Source: Chloroflexota bacterium (GTDB lineage Bacteria; Chloroflexota; Limnocylindria; Limnocylindrales; CSP1-4). Taken from it: a stretch of 64,000 nt of DNA. The translations under genes and the position numbers were made by a program. The DNA is taken from NCBI GenBank assembly GCA_021783095.1, contig JAJXUG010000014.1, positions 1,895-65,894 on the forward strand, written 5' to 3'. Shown piece by piece: positions 50,266-62,288 of this stretch (the stretch's first letter is position 1; each line of letters begins with the position of its first letter). Under the pieces are notes generated by a model. That model had not been told where the DNA came from, did not search any database, and saw only the letters and a program-made list of their open reading frames with translations.

Positions 50266-51801
50266 TCAGCGAGCCGCGGCGAGACCGAGCCAGCCCATCA
50301 CGTTGCGGGCGAAGCGGTCGAAGGACGCGTAGGAGACGCCCACCGCATAGCGGTTGCCGAGCACGCCGCCGAAGATGAAGGTCCCCGCGTCGAACACACG
50401 GCCGCCGGCGGCTGAGACCCGGATGGTCATGGTTCCGGTCAGGGTCGTCCCGTTCACCCGATAGGGCGCCGTGCCCCTGCTGATGGCCACGCCGCCGGAT
50501 ACGGGTTGGGCCCTGTCGGCCTCGCCGAGCAGCAGGCCGGTAAGCTGCGTCCCCGTCCGCCAGCCCGTGCCCGCGCGCGCCCACGCCGGCATGGCGGCCG
50601 TCACGACCTCGTTGTGGCGGATGTGGCCGCCATCCACGACACCCGAGTACTCGCCTCCGAACAGCGCGGCTTCGGGGCGGTTGACCGGGGGGCTGGCCCA
50701 TCGGACGGTCATGAGCGAGGGGTCGACGGCGCCGATCGGGTCGCGCGTGCTCTTGTAGCACACGATGTCGTAGGGGCGGGCCGATCCCGCCGGACCCGGG
50801 ACCAGGCGGACCTGCCAGTAGAACGAGTTGGCACCGAAGTAGGCGACGTTCATGTCACCCGCCCCGTTCACGTGGGCGTCGACCCAGTCGAACAGCGACT
50901 TGGTGACGTACTCCGTGTGCTGGGGGATCACGAGGACCTTGGGCGCGGTCGCCGGCGGGTGCATCGCAAGGTCGTAGTCGGTGGTGAAGGCGAGCGGGTA
51001 GCCGTGCCGGAGGAGCCAGCGCAGCGTGTAGCGGTCGTAGTTGGGATAGAGGGACAGACCGCCGTTGCTGTTGTACGGCCGGTCGAACGACACGGCGTAG
51101 GAGCGAATCTTGGTGCTGTAGAAGTTGCCCACGCCCCAGCCGTTGTAGGCCTGGTAGTCCATGACGGGCAGGACGAACAGGGCACCGGCGGGATTGATCG
51201 AGGGGCTTCGGACGGCGAACACCGTGCCGGAGCTCCGGCCGGACGAGTCACGCGCATAGACCGTGTAGACCCCGGGACGCCAGCCTCTCGTCGGGATCGA
51301 GACGGACACCGGCCAGTTGGCTCGAACGGTGTGCATCACCGTGTCGACGGTGCGCGCGGCGCGATAGTCCCGGCCGCGGTAACCCGAGTGGCTGAAGACC
51401 TGGACCGCACTCGTGCCCTCGCGGTACACCCTGATCGAGTACGAGGACGACGTCGTGCTCGTGTGCAGGCGGAGGGCCTGTCCGGGCAGGACCGACGGCC
51501 GGTCCGGGTAGACCTGGATCCGCCCGTCATTCGGCTGGAGGTAGACCGTTGACGGGTCCATCCCCTCGTCACCGTCTGCCTCGTCAGCGGCCGGGTCGGC
51601 CGCCACGGCGGCGGCCGACGGTGTCTGCCCGTCGGGCCCCGATGCGATGGCGTCTCCCGGGGGCCGAGCCGGGCCGAGGGCGGGCGCAGACGGATCGGGA
51701 TACTGCCAGGCAGGGGCAACCGGAGCCGGAGAGAGGAAGCCCGCGAGCGGGAGCGTGAGCCCCGCCACGAGCGCGATTGCGGCGATCCCTCGTTTCGTCA
51801 T
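50266..51801 (-). CDS. secreted protein of unknown function (N,N-dimethylformamidase beta-subunit-like/DUF6605-type C-terminal domain suspected)
   Basis: A signal peptide, then 480 aa rich in aromatic and Gly residues with no recognisable catalytic motif. The family assignment is tentative. Confidence 0.55.
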   Translation of the reverse strand: MTKRGIAAIALVAGLTLPLAGFLSPAPVAPAWQYPDPSAPALGPARPPGDAIASGPDGQTPSAAAVAADPAADEADGDEGMDPSTVYLQPNDGRIQVYPDRPSVLPGQALRLHTSTTSSSYSIRVYREGTSAVQVFSHSGYRGRDYRAARTVDTVMHTVRANWPVSVSIPTRGWRPGVYTVYARDSSGRSSGTVFAVRSPSINPAGALFVLPVMDYQAYNGWGVGNFYSTKIRSYAVSFDRPYNSNGGLSLYPNYDRYTLRWLLRHGYPLAFTTDYDLAMHPPATAPKVLVIPQHTEYVTKSLFDWVDAHVNGAGDMNVAYFGANSFYWQVRLVPGPAGSARPYDIVCYKSTRDPIGAVDPSLMTVRWASPPVNRPEAALFGGEYSGVVDGGHIRHNEVVTAAMPAWARAGTGWRTGTQLTGLLLGEADRAQPVSGGVAISRGTAPYRVNGTTLTGTMTIRVSAAGGRVFDAGTFIFGGVLGNRYAVGVSYASFDRFARNVMGWLGLAAAR

Positions 51802-52216
51802 GCGGCTTCCATCGTGCGTCCAACTGCGTACGTCAGCGACCTACGGTCGCATCGAACGCCCCGCCGGACGATGGGTCGTTGGTCCTGTGCGGCCACGACG
51901 TCACGTTGACGAGCGCCAGCATGATGCCATGGTTGGCAGGATCCGCGGTCGCCGCGCCGCGGTCGACTCGCGGCGCCCCGAACGCAAGGGCTTCAGGACC
52001 TCGCGGCGGCCAGTTCCGGCGGCACCGGCACAGACGCCGGCTCGCGCGCCGCCGTCACGAGCGTCCCCGCCTCGCCGCGGAGCATCGCCCCCGCGTCGGC
52101 GAGTGCCCCGATCACGGCGAAGCCATCCCCTCGCTCTCGGCGTCGAGGATGTCGAGCGGGTACGTCTCGTCGGGCCGATAGGAGCGCGTTGCCGCCCAGG
52201 GCGGCCACCACGCGCA

Positions 52217-53242
52217 TCAGCCGACCTCTGGGCGAGCCAGGGTCGCGACCAGCACGGCCTTGATCGTGTGCATCCGGTTCTCGGCCTGGTCGAACACGAT
52301 CGAGGCCGTCGACTCGAACACCTCGTCGGTCACCTCCATCGCCTCGAGGCCGTACCGCTCGTGCATCTTGCGTCCCGTCTCCGTCTCCAGGTCGTGGAAG
52401 GCAGGCAGGCAGTGCATGAACTTGACGCTCGGGTTGCCCGTGGCGCGGAGCATCGCGGCGTCCACCTGGTACGGCCGGAGCATCGCGATCCGCTCGTCCC
52501 ACACCGACTCGGGCTCGCCCATCGAGACCCAGACGTCGGTGTAGATGACGTCGGCCCCGCGGACGCCCTCGTCGACGTCCTCGGTGACCGTGATCCGGGC
52601 GCCGCTGCGGCGCGCGATGGCGAGCGCTGGCTCGAGGAAGTCGTCGCGCGGCCAGACCGGCAGGGGCGCCACGATCCGCAGGTCCATGCCCATGATCGCC
52701 GCGCCGAGCAGCCACTCGTCGCCCATGTTGCTGTGCGCGTCGCCCACGTACGCCAGCGCCACGCCCGCCAGGGGCTTCGCGACCCGCTCCTGGATCGTGA
52801 GCAGGTCGGCGAGGATCTGGGTGGGGTGGTCCTCGTCGGTCAGTCCGTTGTAGACCGGCACGCCGGCATACCGCGCGAGAATCTCGACGTCGGTCTGGTG
52901 GAAGCCCCGGAACTCGATCGCGTCGTACAGGCGGCCCAGGACGCGGGCGGTGTCCTTGACCGACTCCTTCTTGCCGACATGGCTTCCCGACGGGCCGAAG
53001 TAGGTGACGTTCATGCCCTGGTCGTAGGCGGCGACCTCGAACCCGATCCGCGTCCGCGTCGAGTCCTTCTCGAAGATCAGCGCGATCGAGCGGCCGTCGA
53101 GGCGGCGGCGCTCGCGGCGCTCGCGCTTCTCCGCCTTGAGGGTGGCCGCGAGCGTCAGAAGGCCCTCGATCTCGTCCGCGGAGAAGTCGCGCAGGGTCAG
53201 GAATGACCGCCCGGCCAGCGGGGCGTCGTGGTGGTGGGCCAT
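52217..53242 (-). CDS. argF: ornithine carbamoyltransferase
   Basis: STRTR carbamoyl-phosphate motif, HPTQ, and the HCLP ornithine-binding motif. GGAG RBS. The longer 695-aa ORF is artefactual. Confidence 0.85.
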   Translation of the reverse strand: MAHHHDAPLAGRSFLTLRDFSADEIEGLLTLAATLKAEKRERRERRRLDGRSIALIFEKDSTRTRIGFEVAAYDQGMNVTYFGPSGSHVGKKESVKDTARVLGRLYDAIEFRGFHQTDVEILARYAGVPVYNGLTDEDHPTQILADLLTIQERVAKPLAGVALAYVGDAHSNMGDEWLLGAAIMGMDLRIVAPLPVWPRDDFLEPALAIARRSGARITVTEDVDEGVRGADVIYTDVWVSMGEPESVWDERIAMLRPYQVDAAMLRATGNPSVKFMHCLPAFHDLETETGRKMHERYGLEAMEVTDEVFESTASIVFDQAENRMHTIKAVLVATLARPEVG

Positions 53243-53401
53243 CGCCGGACTCCAGGATGCGCCACAGCCAACGCGGACATCGCGGGTGCGCCGTGGCGGC
53301 AACCCGCGGTGATGTGGCCTCGAATGTGCGACGGCCCTGGCCGCCTTGTCATGGTCCCTCCGGCCCGTTGCGGGCGGGCCGCCTGTGCCCCGGACTCCTT
53401 C

Positions 53402-53429
53402 GGGGCGCCGGGCGGCTGCGGGGCGCCCC
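53402..53429 (-). terminator. GC hairpin GGGGCGCC-N12-GGCGCCCC 3' of the ComB-like gene
   Basis: An 8-bp perfect inverted repeat. Confidence 0.35.
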
Positions 53430-53454
53430 TGGAGCGTTTCGGGTCCCGGGTCCC

Positions 53455-54207
53455 TCACGCGGCGGTGAACGCGCCGTCGCGCAGCACCGGCACGAGGCCC
53501 GTCGCGTCGAGTTCGGCGGCCAGGTCGACGTCGCTCGCGAAGCCGACGTCGAGGAGCTCTCGGCCCGAGGCGCAGTCGGCGAGCACGCGCGCGATGTCCG
53601 GAAGGAGGCGCTCGAAGGCAGCGGCCGCGAGCCGCGCCTCCGGCGACGGGGTTGTCGCGCCCAGGGCCGCCAGGACCGCGCCCGCGCCGAGCATGTCCTC
53701 GATGCCCGGGCGCAGCGTGCCATCGGGCCACTGCTCGCCGGCGGGGACGACGGCGATCGCCCCGCCGTGCTCCCGGGCGAACCGCGCCACCGCCGACGCG
53801 TTGCGCAGACAGCCGGCCACGACCGTCGCGCCGGTCTCGGCCGCCAGGACCGCGCACGTGGCTCCATTGGGCGACGGGAGAACCAGGCGATCCCCGGGTG
53901 CGAGCGTCGCCAGCGAGGCGGGCGAGAGCGAGGGCCCGGGCCCGGCGCGGCGCGACTGGGCGAGGACGGCCCCGAGGCTCCTCGCACGCTCGGCCGCGGT
54001 GTCGTCGCGGAACCGGTGCGGGAAGACCGTCGCGCCCCGCTCGACCGCGACCGACACGGCAGTCGTGAACGAGAGCACGTCGACGATGACGACGAGGTCC
54101 GCGACCGGCGCCAGGAGTCGAACCCCCGCCTGGCCCCACTCGAGGCGGGCGTCGAAGCCGTGCTGGTCGAGGCTCCGGGCAAGCTGATCGTCGGCGGTCA
54201 GGTTCAC
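53455..54207 (-). CDS. 2-phosphosulfolactate phosphatase (ComB) family protein
   Basis: Overall similarity to the ComB fold ([21 protein letters not shown]...). Confidence 0.65.
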   Translation of the reverse strand: MNLTADDQLARSLDQHGFDARLEWGQAGVRLLAPVADLVVIVDVLSFTTAVSVAVERGATVFPHRFRDDTAAERARSLGAVLAQSRRAGPGPSLSPASLATLAPGDRLVLPSPNGATCAVLAAETGATVVAGCLRNASAVARFAREHGGAIAVVPAGEQWPDGTLRPGIEDMLGAGAVLAALGATTPSPEARLAAAAFERLLPDIARVLADCASGRELLDVGFASDVDLAAELDATGLVPVLRDGAFTAA

Positions 54208-54273
54208 CCCCAGAGCCTAGCGCGGTCGTGCGCAAACGAGTCATCGCCCGAGGAGCGGGGCGGCGCGGCGCCG

Positions 54274-54666
54274 ATGATGACGGGCTCAGGATGGGCGCGC
54301 TCACACATCAACGACCGCCTCGGGCACGAGGCCGGGGATCGCGCCCTGTGCGAGGTCGCCGGCCTGCTGCGGGGAGGCTCGTTCCGCGACGCCGACCTGG
54401 TCGCCCGGCTGGGCGGCGACGAGTTCGCGATTCTGGCGACGGAGGTCTCGCCGGCGGACGGAGACCTGTTCGTGACGCGCGTGGCCGACGCCGTGGGGCG
54501 CGCGAACGGGCAGCCGGATCGCGAGTTCACGCTGTCGCTGAGCGTGGGCACCGCCATGTTGGACCCGAAGCAGCCGCAGAGCCTCGACGAGCTGATCCGC
54601 AATGCAGACCGCCGGATGTACCGGGCGAAGAACGCCCGGAGGACGGCCGCGCTGCCCGGCCCGTAG
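54274..54666 (+). pseudogene. GGDEF-domain fragment (C-terminal two-thirds of a diguanylate cyclase domain, no N-terminal part)
   Basis: [15 protein letters not shown]...RLGGDEFAIL matches the GGDEF middle and active site. The I-site and N-terminal third are absent, and the upstream space is occupied by the opposite-strand gene. Confidence 0.5.
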
Positions 54667-54722
54667 CCGGCACCGAGCCAGTGCGAGACCGCGGCGCGGT
54701 CGGCCGCCGGCCCGATGGCTCC

Positions 54723-55526
54723 CTAGACCATCTCGACGTCGAGCACCTCGGGGGTCGACCCGATCCCGCGCGCCCGCGGCAGCGCCATAGCGCCGATGAC
54801 GGCGGTGATCGCCAGCGACAGCGCGAACGCCGGCGCAATGCCGGCCCTGACGATCAGGTAGTGGATCGGCAGATAGAACGCGACGGTCCCGGGCAGCCCG
54901 ATCAGCGCGCCTCGCAGGGTGCCGATCGCCGCTGGCCGGCCGCCGTGGAGGAACGCGAACACGGACAGCACCGACACGTAGACCGGGAATGTGGTGACGA
55001 TGCCTGACACCGTGGGCCCGAGCAGCGGGGCGACGGTCGTCAGGCCCACCACGAGCACGGTGCCGACGACCACCCGGGCCGGCATGTCCCAGGCGGGGTG
55101 GCGCGCCGTCGACGGGCCATTCGTGGACGCGGGCAGGACGCGCAGGGTGGCCAGGATCGCCAGCGTCACCAGCGCAGCGAGCAGCACCAGCGGCCAGCCG
55201 GCGGCGAACTGGAGGGCGAGCCCGGCCGCGACGTAGCACCCGGTCGCCACGACGAGGGCCACCGCCGGCCCGCGCGACGACGCGGCCGCGAACCCGAGGC
55301 CGTACGCCACGATCGCGCCCAGGCCGAGCATCGTGCCCACCGCCGCGCCGGACGCGAACTGCGGCCCGTGGTCGAGGGCCACGAAGAACAGCACGGGCCC
55401 CGAAGTGAGCGGCAGGGCGACGATCCAGCCGGCGACCGCCGGGCCCCATCGTCGCGCCGCAAGGCTCGCGCCGCCGATGAGGAGCGGAGTCAGCGTGAGC
55501 TTGAGCAGCAACAGCACGAGCGCCAA
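54723..55526 (-). CDS. polytopic membrane protein of unknown function (about 8 TM)
   Basis: Hydrophobic helices throughout. No known motif recognised. Confidence 0.5.
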   Translation of the reverse strand: MALVLLLLKLTLTPLLIGGASLAARRWGPAVAGWIVALPLTSGPVLFFVALDHGPQFASGAAVGTMLGLGAIVAYGLGFAAASSRGPAVALVVATGCYVAAGLALQFAAGWPLVLLAALVTLAILATLRVLPASTNGPSTARHPAWDMPARVVVGTVLVVGLTTVAPLLGPTVSGIVTTFPVYVSVLSVFAFLHGGRPAAIGTLRGALIGLPGTVAFYLPIHYLIVRAGIAPAFALSLAITAVIGAMALPRARGIGSTPEVLDVEMV

Positions 55527-55619
55527 CGATACCGGGGGCGCGAGCGCCGGGCGGGGGCGATGCGCGTGCCGCCCGGGCGCGCCGGGCCCGAGCGCGCGGT
55601 GTCCGCGCCCCGGCCCCTC

Positions 55620-57176
55620 CTAGTCCAGCGAGACAGTCTGCTCCCAGGCCGGCACGTCCACGGTCAACCCCAGCGCGGCCACCTTGGGCGCCAGCGCCTG
55701 CTGCGCGGGCGGGTCGCCGTGGACGAGGTAGACGTGCGCGGGCACGCCCGGGTCGCCCGGTTTGCGGCCGCGGATGAAGCCGCCCAGCCAGGCGAGCAGC
55801 TCTGGCTCGTCGGCGTGGGCCGAGAACCCGCCGAGCGAGCGGATCGTCGCCCGGACCGGCATCTCGCGCCCATCGATGCGCGCGGTCGTCGCGCCCCGGA
55901 CGAGGTGGCCGCCCAGCGTGCCCTCGCCCTGGTACCCGACGAACAGGATCGTCGCGGACGGGTCGTCGAGCAGCCGCGACGCATGCCCGACCGACCGACC
56001 GCCCGTGAGCATCCCGTTCGACGCGACAACCACGTACGGCGGCGGCGTGCGCGCGATCCGCTCCGACTCCTCGTAGTCGCGCACCACGTGCTGGCCCGGG
56101 TAGTCGAGCGGCGCCTCGTTCGCGCGGAGGAGCGCGGCCGTCTCCTCGTCGTACGCCTCTGGGTGGTGGCGGTACACGTCCGAGGCCGACTTCGCCATCG
56201 GCGAGTCGAGGTACAGCGGCAGCTGCGGGATCCGCCCGGCGTCGACGAGCCGGTGCAGCTCCCAGACGATCTCCTGCGTGCGGCCGATGGCGAACGACGG
56301 GATCAGCAGCACGCCCCTGCGCTGGGCCGTCTCGCGGACGGTGGTCGCGAGCATGTCGATCGAGCGATCCGCGGCCTCGTGCTCGCGCCCGCCGTAGGTG
56401 CTCTCGCACAGGACGACATCGGCCGAATCGACCGGCGTGGGGTCGCGCAGGATTGGCGTGCCGGGTCGGCCGAGGTCGCCCGAGAAGACGACGATGGTGT
56501 CGCGGCCGCCCGTGCTCCGGGCGAGGCGCATCCGCACGATGGACGAGCCCAGGATGTGGCCTGCGTCGAGCAGCATGACGTGCACGCCCTGCGCCACCTC
56601 GGTCTCGACCCCGTAGGCCACCGGCGCGAAGTGCGGCAGCGTGGCCTCGGCGTCGTCCTCGGTGTACAGCGGCTCGTCGAGGTCCAGCTCGACCTCCGGG
56701 CCGGCGGACCGCAGGATCTCCTCGGGGTCCGGGCCGCCGGGGCTGGCTGCGCCGTCGGCGGCCAGCTGGACCGCCTCGTCGAACAGCACCTCCTCGCGCG
56801 CGTCGTCCGCGGTGGCCCGCTCCGGGTGGTGCCGCCCGCGGCGCGCCGCGCGCTTGGCGAACTCCACCTGAAGCTTCGCCGAGTCGAGCAGGACGAGGCG
56901 CGCGAGCTCCGCGGTCGCGGCGGTGCACACGATGCGCCCCCGGAAGCCCTCGCGCACCAGCAGCGGCAGCAGGCCGCAGTGGTCGAGGTGGGCATGGGTG
57001 AGGACCACTGCGTCGAGCGACGCCGGGTCGACGCCCAGCGGGACCCGATTGCGCACGGCCTCGGCCGGCCCACCCTGGAACATCCCGCAGTCCACGAGCA
57101 CCTGCGCGTGGCCGGTGTCGACGAGATGGCGCGAGCCGGTGACCGTGCGCGCGCCGCCGAGGAAGGTCAGCTCCAT
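55620..57176 (-). CDS. MBL-fold beta-CASP ribonuclease (RNase J/CPSF-like RNA-metabolising metallo-beta-lactamase)
   Basis: LTHAHLDHCG MBL motif, a beta-CASP domain and a C-terminal RMMBL region. Confidence 0.8.
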   Translation of the reverse strand: MELTFLGGARTVTGSRHLVDTGHAQVLVDCGMFQGGPAEAVRNRVPLGVDPASLDAVVLTHAHLDHCGLLPLLVREGFRGRIVCTAATAELARLVLLDSAKLQVEFAKRAARRGRHHPERATADDAREEVLFDEAVQLAADGAASPGGPDPEEILRSAGPEVELDLDEPLYTEDDAEATLPHFAPVAYGVETEVAQGVHVMLLDAGHILGSSIVRMRLARSTGGRDTIVVFSGDLGRPGTPILRDPTPVDSADVVLCESTYGGREHEAADRSIDMLATTVRETAQRRGVLLIPSFAIGRTQEIVWELHRLVDAGRIPQLPLYLDSPMAKSASDVYRHHPEAYDEETAALLRANEAPLDYPGQHVVRDYEESERIARTPPPYVVVASNGMLTGGRSVGHASRLLDDPSATILFVGYQGEGTLGGHLVRGATTARIDGREMPVRATIRSLGGFSAHADEPELLAWLGGFIRGRKPGDPGVPAHVYLVHGDPPAQQALAPKVAALGLTVDVPAWEQTVSLD

Positions 57177-57305
57177 GCCGAGATCGTGACACAGCCGCGG
57201 GCGCCAAGTGCAGCGATGCCGCCATGAGCGAGCCCCGCGTGCACGCCTGTTCCGCATCCATGGCGGCGCGGCTTCGCGTCGGAGGCGAGATCTTCGGGCG
57301 GCTCC

Positions 57306-59195
<1,890 letters not shown>

Positions 59196-59298
59196 GGCAG
59201 GGACGGCGAGCCTCGGGCGGACGGGTCCGGGGTGGATGCGGCAATTCTACGCAGGCGGCCCGCGAGCGTATTCAGAACGTCAGCGCTAGGCTCAGCGG

Positions 59299-60273
59299 AT
59301 GCGCCGTCCTGCCTTCGCCATCCTCCTGCTCGTCGTCGCACTCATCGCCGCAGCGTGCAAGCCCACGGATCCCGGCGGCTTCGTGGTGGTCACCCAGGCG
59401 CCCGCGCCGTCTGGCGGAGCGACCATCACCGGGGCGGCGATCCCGGGCTCCAGCGCCGCGGTCGGCTCGGCCTTCCCGGTGATCATCAGCTCGCAGCTGG
59501 CCGTTGGCGACAACCGGTTCGTGTTCTCGTTCCTGGACCCCAAGACCCAGCAGCCCGTGGGCTCACCCGACCTCGCGGCGTCGGTGTCGTTCATCGCCCC
59601 CGGCACCACCGACCCCACGTCGCCCACGCCTGGCACCTTCGTCTGGGCCATCCAGAACCTCCGCGGCGAGTACATCGCCCACGTCACGTTCCCCACGGCG
59701 GGCGACTGGAAGGCCATCTTCACGATCCAGCCCAAGGGCGGCGGGCAGCAGGCGCTCGGCGTCCCGTTCCAGGTGGCGCTCAAGCCCACGGTTGTGTCTA
59801 TCGGCGACCACGCCCCGTCCGTCAAGACGCCGACGCTGGCCGACGTGGGCGGCGACATCCGCCAGATCTCGTCCGACCAGAACCCCAACCCGGCGTTCTA
59901 CCAGGTGTCCGAGGACCAGCTGCTGGCCAGCCACACGCCGTTCATCCTCGTGTTCGCGACGCCGGCGTTCTGCAGGAGCGCGCAGTGCGGGCCGACGCTC
60001 GACATGGTCAAGCAGGCGCAGACGACCGCCCCCAAGTCAGTGGCGTTCATCAACGTGGAGCCGTACGTGCTCAAGTTCGCCGACGGGCGGCTCCAGCCGG
60101 TGCTCGACGCGCAGGGCAACCTGACGCCCACCAACGTGTCGAACGCGTGGGGCATCCCCACCGAGCCGTGGATCTTCGCGGTCGACCGGAACGGGATCGT
60201 CCAGGGCTCGTTCGAGGGCGTGATCAGCCAGCAGGAGCTCACGGACATCATCGCCAGGATCGCCGCCTCTTAG
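59299..60273 (+). CDS. lipoprotein with N-terminal beta-sandwich region and C-terminal thioredoxin-like (TlpA/Sco-like) domain
   Basis: Lipobox LIAAACK. C-terminal FATPAFCRSAQCGP with two Cys in a Trx-like context. Divergent from ctaA-ctaB. Confidence 0.55.
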   Translation: MRRPAFAILLLVVALIAAACKPTDPGGFVVVTQAPAPSGGATITGAAIPGSSAAVGSAFPVIISSQLAVGDNRFVFSFLDPKTQQPVGSPDLAASVSFIAPGTTDPTSPTPGTFVWAIQNLRGEYIAHVTFPTAGDWKAIFTIQPKGGGQQALGVPFQVALKPTVVSIGDHAPSVKTPTLADVGGDIRQISSDQNPNPAFYQVSEDQLLASHTPFILVFATPAFCRSAQCGPTLDMVKQAQTTAPKSVAFINVEPYVLKFADGRLQPVLDAQGNLTPTNVSNAWGIPTEPWIFAVDRNGIVQGSFEGVISQQELTDIIARIAAS

Positions 60274-60345
60274 TCGCGGTGGTCCAGCGACTGGCGCGGC
60301 GTCCGGCGACCGGTGCGCGGCGGCCCTGGCGGGGGCGGCAGGCCG

Positions 60346-60906
60346 CTACGAGGCGGCCGGCGCGTCCGAGGCGTCGGCGGGGCTCGGCGAGCCGACGGGC
60401 GTCGAAGGCGACGTGCCCGGGCCCGCCGACGGGGCGCCCGCCGGTGAGCCCGAGGCCGCGGGCGCGTCTTCGAGCCGGTAGACGACGAGGTGGGGCCCGG
60501 ACTGGCGGAAGTAGACCAGGACCGGCTGCCCGCCCGCCACGTGCTCGGAGAGGTGGGCCGCGGGGAACTCGGCGGCGTTCTCCTGGGCCCCCATCTTGAA
60601 GTCGACCTGCGCCCCGTCGGGCGTCAGGAGCCGGAAGCCGGTGACCTTGCCCAGCCCGGCGAGGTCGACGTGGAGCACCAGGCCCTGCACCGGCGAGGTG
60701 AGCGCCTGGGAGGGTTCGGCCGAGCCGCCCGCGTCAGATGTCTCGGGGCTCCCCTCCTCCGCCGGGACCAGCGATGAGGTCGCGTCGGGACCAGGCGTGG
60801 TCCCGGGATTGCCCGACGAAGAGGTGCATGCCGCGACGGCGAGGCCCAGGGCGAGGGATGCGGCGACCAGGAGCCGGCAACCCCCGCCACGGAGGTCGCG
60901 GCTCAT
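60346..60906 (-). CDS. lipoprotein of unknown function (186 aa)
   Basis: Lipobox LAVAACT. Its start overlaps the pyrE stop (ATGA). Confidence 0.55.
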   Translation of the reverse strand: MSRDLRGGGCRLLVAASLALGLAVAACTSSSGNPGTTPGPDATSSLVPAEEGSPETSDAGGSAEPSQALTSPVQGLVLHVDLAGLGKVTGFRLLTPDGAQVDFKMGAQENAAEFPAAHLSEHVAGGQPVLVYFRQSGPHLVVYRLEDAPAASGSPAGAPSAGPGTSPSTPVGSPSPADASDAPAAS

Positions 60907-61589
60907 TTCGGCCCCATGCCCGTCCCGCTCGACCCGGGCTTGAATGCGGGCTCGCCGGCCGCGCAGCGCGGGCAGGTGGCGGCGCCGGGCTCGTAGGTCG
61001 GCAGCTCGAGCGTCCAGAGCGAGCGCAGCGGGTAGACCCTCCCCGTGGTGGGCGACGTCAGCGTGGCCGTGCCGCCCGAGCGGTCGACGATCACCGCGCA
61101 CTCGATGATCTCGCCGCCCAGGGCCTCGACCGCGGGGATCATCGCGAGCAGCGAGCCGCCGGTGGTGAGGATGTCGTCCACGAGCAGCACCTTCTCGCCG
61201 GGACTGATCGTGAAGCCGCGGCGGAACTCGCGGCGCGGCGGCTGGCCCGGCTCGGCGGCCACCTCCTCGGCGAAGATCGCCCGGGTGCCCAGCTGGCGGC
61301 CGGTCTCGAAGGCGAGCATGACGCCACCGGTCGTCGGGCCGGCGACGAGGTCCACCATCGGCGCGCCGTCGCGGTCGCGGACGCCCTGCGCCCAGAAGCC
61401 GCACAGCTCGCTGGTGGCGGCCGGGTCCTGGAGCACCTGGAACTTCTCGAGGTAGGCGTCCGAGTGGCGGCCGCTCTTGAGCGTGAAGTGGCCCTCGCGG
61501 AGGGCGCCGCTGGCCCGGAACAGGGTCTCCGTGCGGCCGGCGATCGCGCGCCGGGTCGCCTCGTCGAGGGTGCGTCGCAGGGTGGTCAT
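60903..61589 (-). CDS. pyrE: orotate phosphoribosyltransferase
   Basis: PRPP-binding VLLVDDILTTGGS and overall OPRTase similarity. Confidence 0.85.
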   Translation of the reverse strand: MTTLRRTLDEATRRAIAGRTETLFRASGALREGHFTLKSGRHSDAYLEKFQVLQDPAATSELCGFWAQGVRDRDGAPMVDLVAGPTTGGVMLAFETGRQLGTRAIFAEEVAAEPGQPPRREFRRGFTISPGEKVLLVDDILTTGGSLLAMIPAVEALGGEIIECAVIVDRSGGTATLTSPTTGRVYPLRSLWTLELPTYEPGAATCPRCAAGEPAFKPGSSGTGMGPK

Positions 61590-61601
61590 CGTCGGGCGAT
61601 T

Positions 61602-61912
61602 CTAGCCGGGTCCGCTGAAGGCCCCGCCGGCAGTGTCCCCGGGTTCGTCGCGAGGGTCGCCCCCGCGCAGCCCGCGCCGGCACCGGTTGACGAGGATGTG
61701 GGTGAGCCACGCGTCGAAGGCGCCGGGATCGCGCAAGGAGGCCAGCTCGCGCCAGGCCGTGACGAGCGCGTCCTGCACGCGTCGCGCGCATCGGCCTCGT
61801 TGCCCAGGATCGCCATCGCCGTGCGCACCATCGGTCCGACCCGCGCCTCCAGGAGCGCCTCGAAGGCGGCGGCGTCCCCGGACCTGGCCCGCGCCACGCG
61901 ATCCGGCTCCAT
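61602..61912 (-). pseudogene. frameshifted ECF sigma-factor remnant (region 2 only)
   Basis: Two overlapping frames each encode half of a sigma70_r2 domain (ARSGDAAAFEALLEARVGPMVRTAMAILGNEADARDA | QDALVTAWRELASLRDPGAFDAWLTHILVNRCRR). Inserting 1 nt near 61789 restores the domain. No region 4 follows. Confidence 0.55.
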
Positions 61913-62024
61913 CGACGCTCGCCCACCCCTCGCTCACTTCACAGGAATCAGGCGGACGCGCCCGGGTTCACGCGAAGTGCATCGATTATCGGATCAGCCC
62001 GCACGGGCCACCGCGCCCGGGCTC

Positions 62025-62288
62025 CTACCGGCTCACCGCGAAGCCCAGCACCGCCGCCCACGCCACCGACGCGAGTGACTGCACCACCCAGAACGATCCG
62101 TGGCGGGTCTTGTGCCGCAGGCCGAGGAACACGAGCCACGCCCCCAGCACGCCGCCCGCGAGACAGCACATCCACAGCGTGCGCTCGCGGACACGGCGCC
62201 AGCGCCGCGGGGCCGCGAGCTTGTCGTACGCGTACAGGGCCGCGGTGACGGTGTTCGCAGCGGCGAGCCACGCGAGAAGCAAGCTCAT
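62025..62288 (-). CDS. DUF1294-family small membrane protein
   Basis: YAYDKLAA...RRWR...LGLRHKTRH pattern with two TM helices. Confidence 0.6.
   Translation of the reverse strand: MSLLLAWLAAANTVTAALYAYDKLAAPRRWRRVRERTLWMCCLAGGVLGAWLVFLGLRHKTRHGSFWVVQSLASVAWAAVLGFAVSR

Noticed and set aside
52217-54304. 695-aa ORF
   Set aside because: Only the C-terminal 341 aa form ornithine carbamoyltransferase, with an internal ATG at 53242 and an RBS. The N-terminal extension is antisense to the ComB-like gene.
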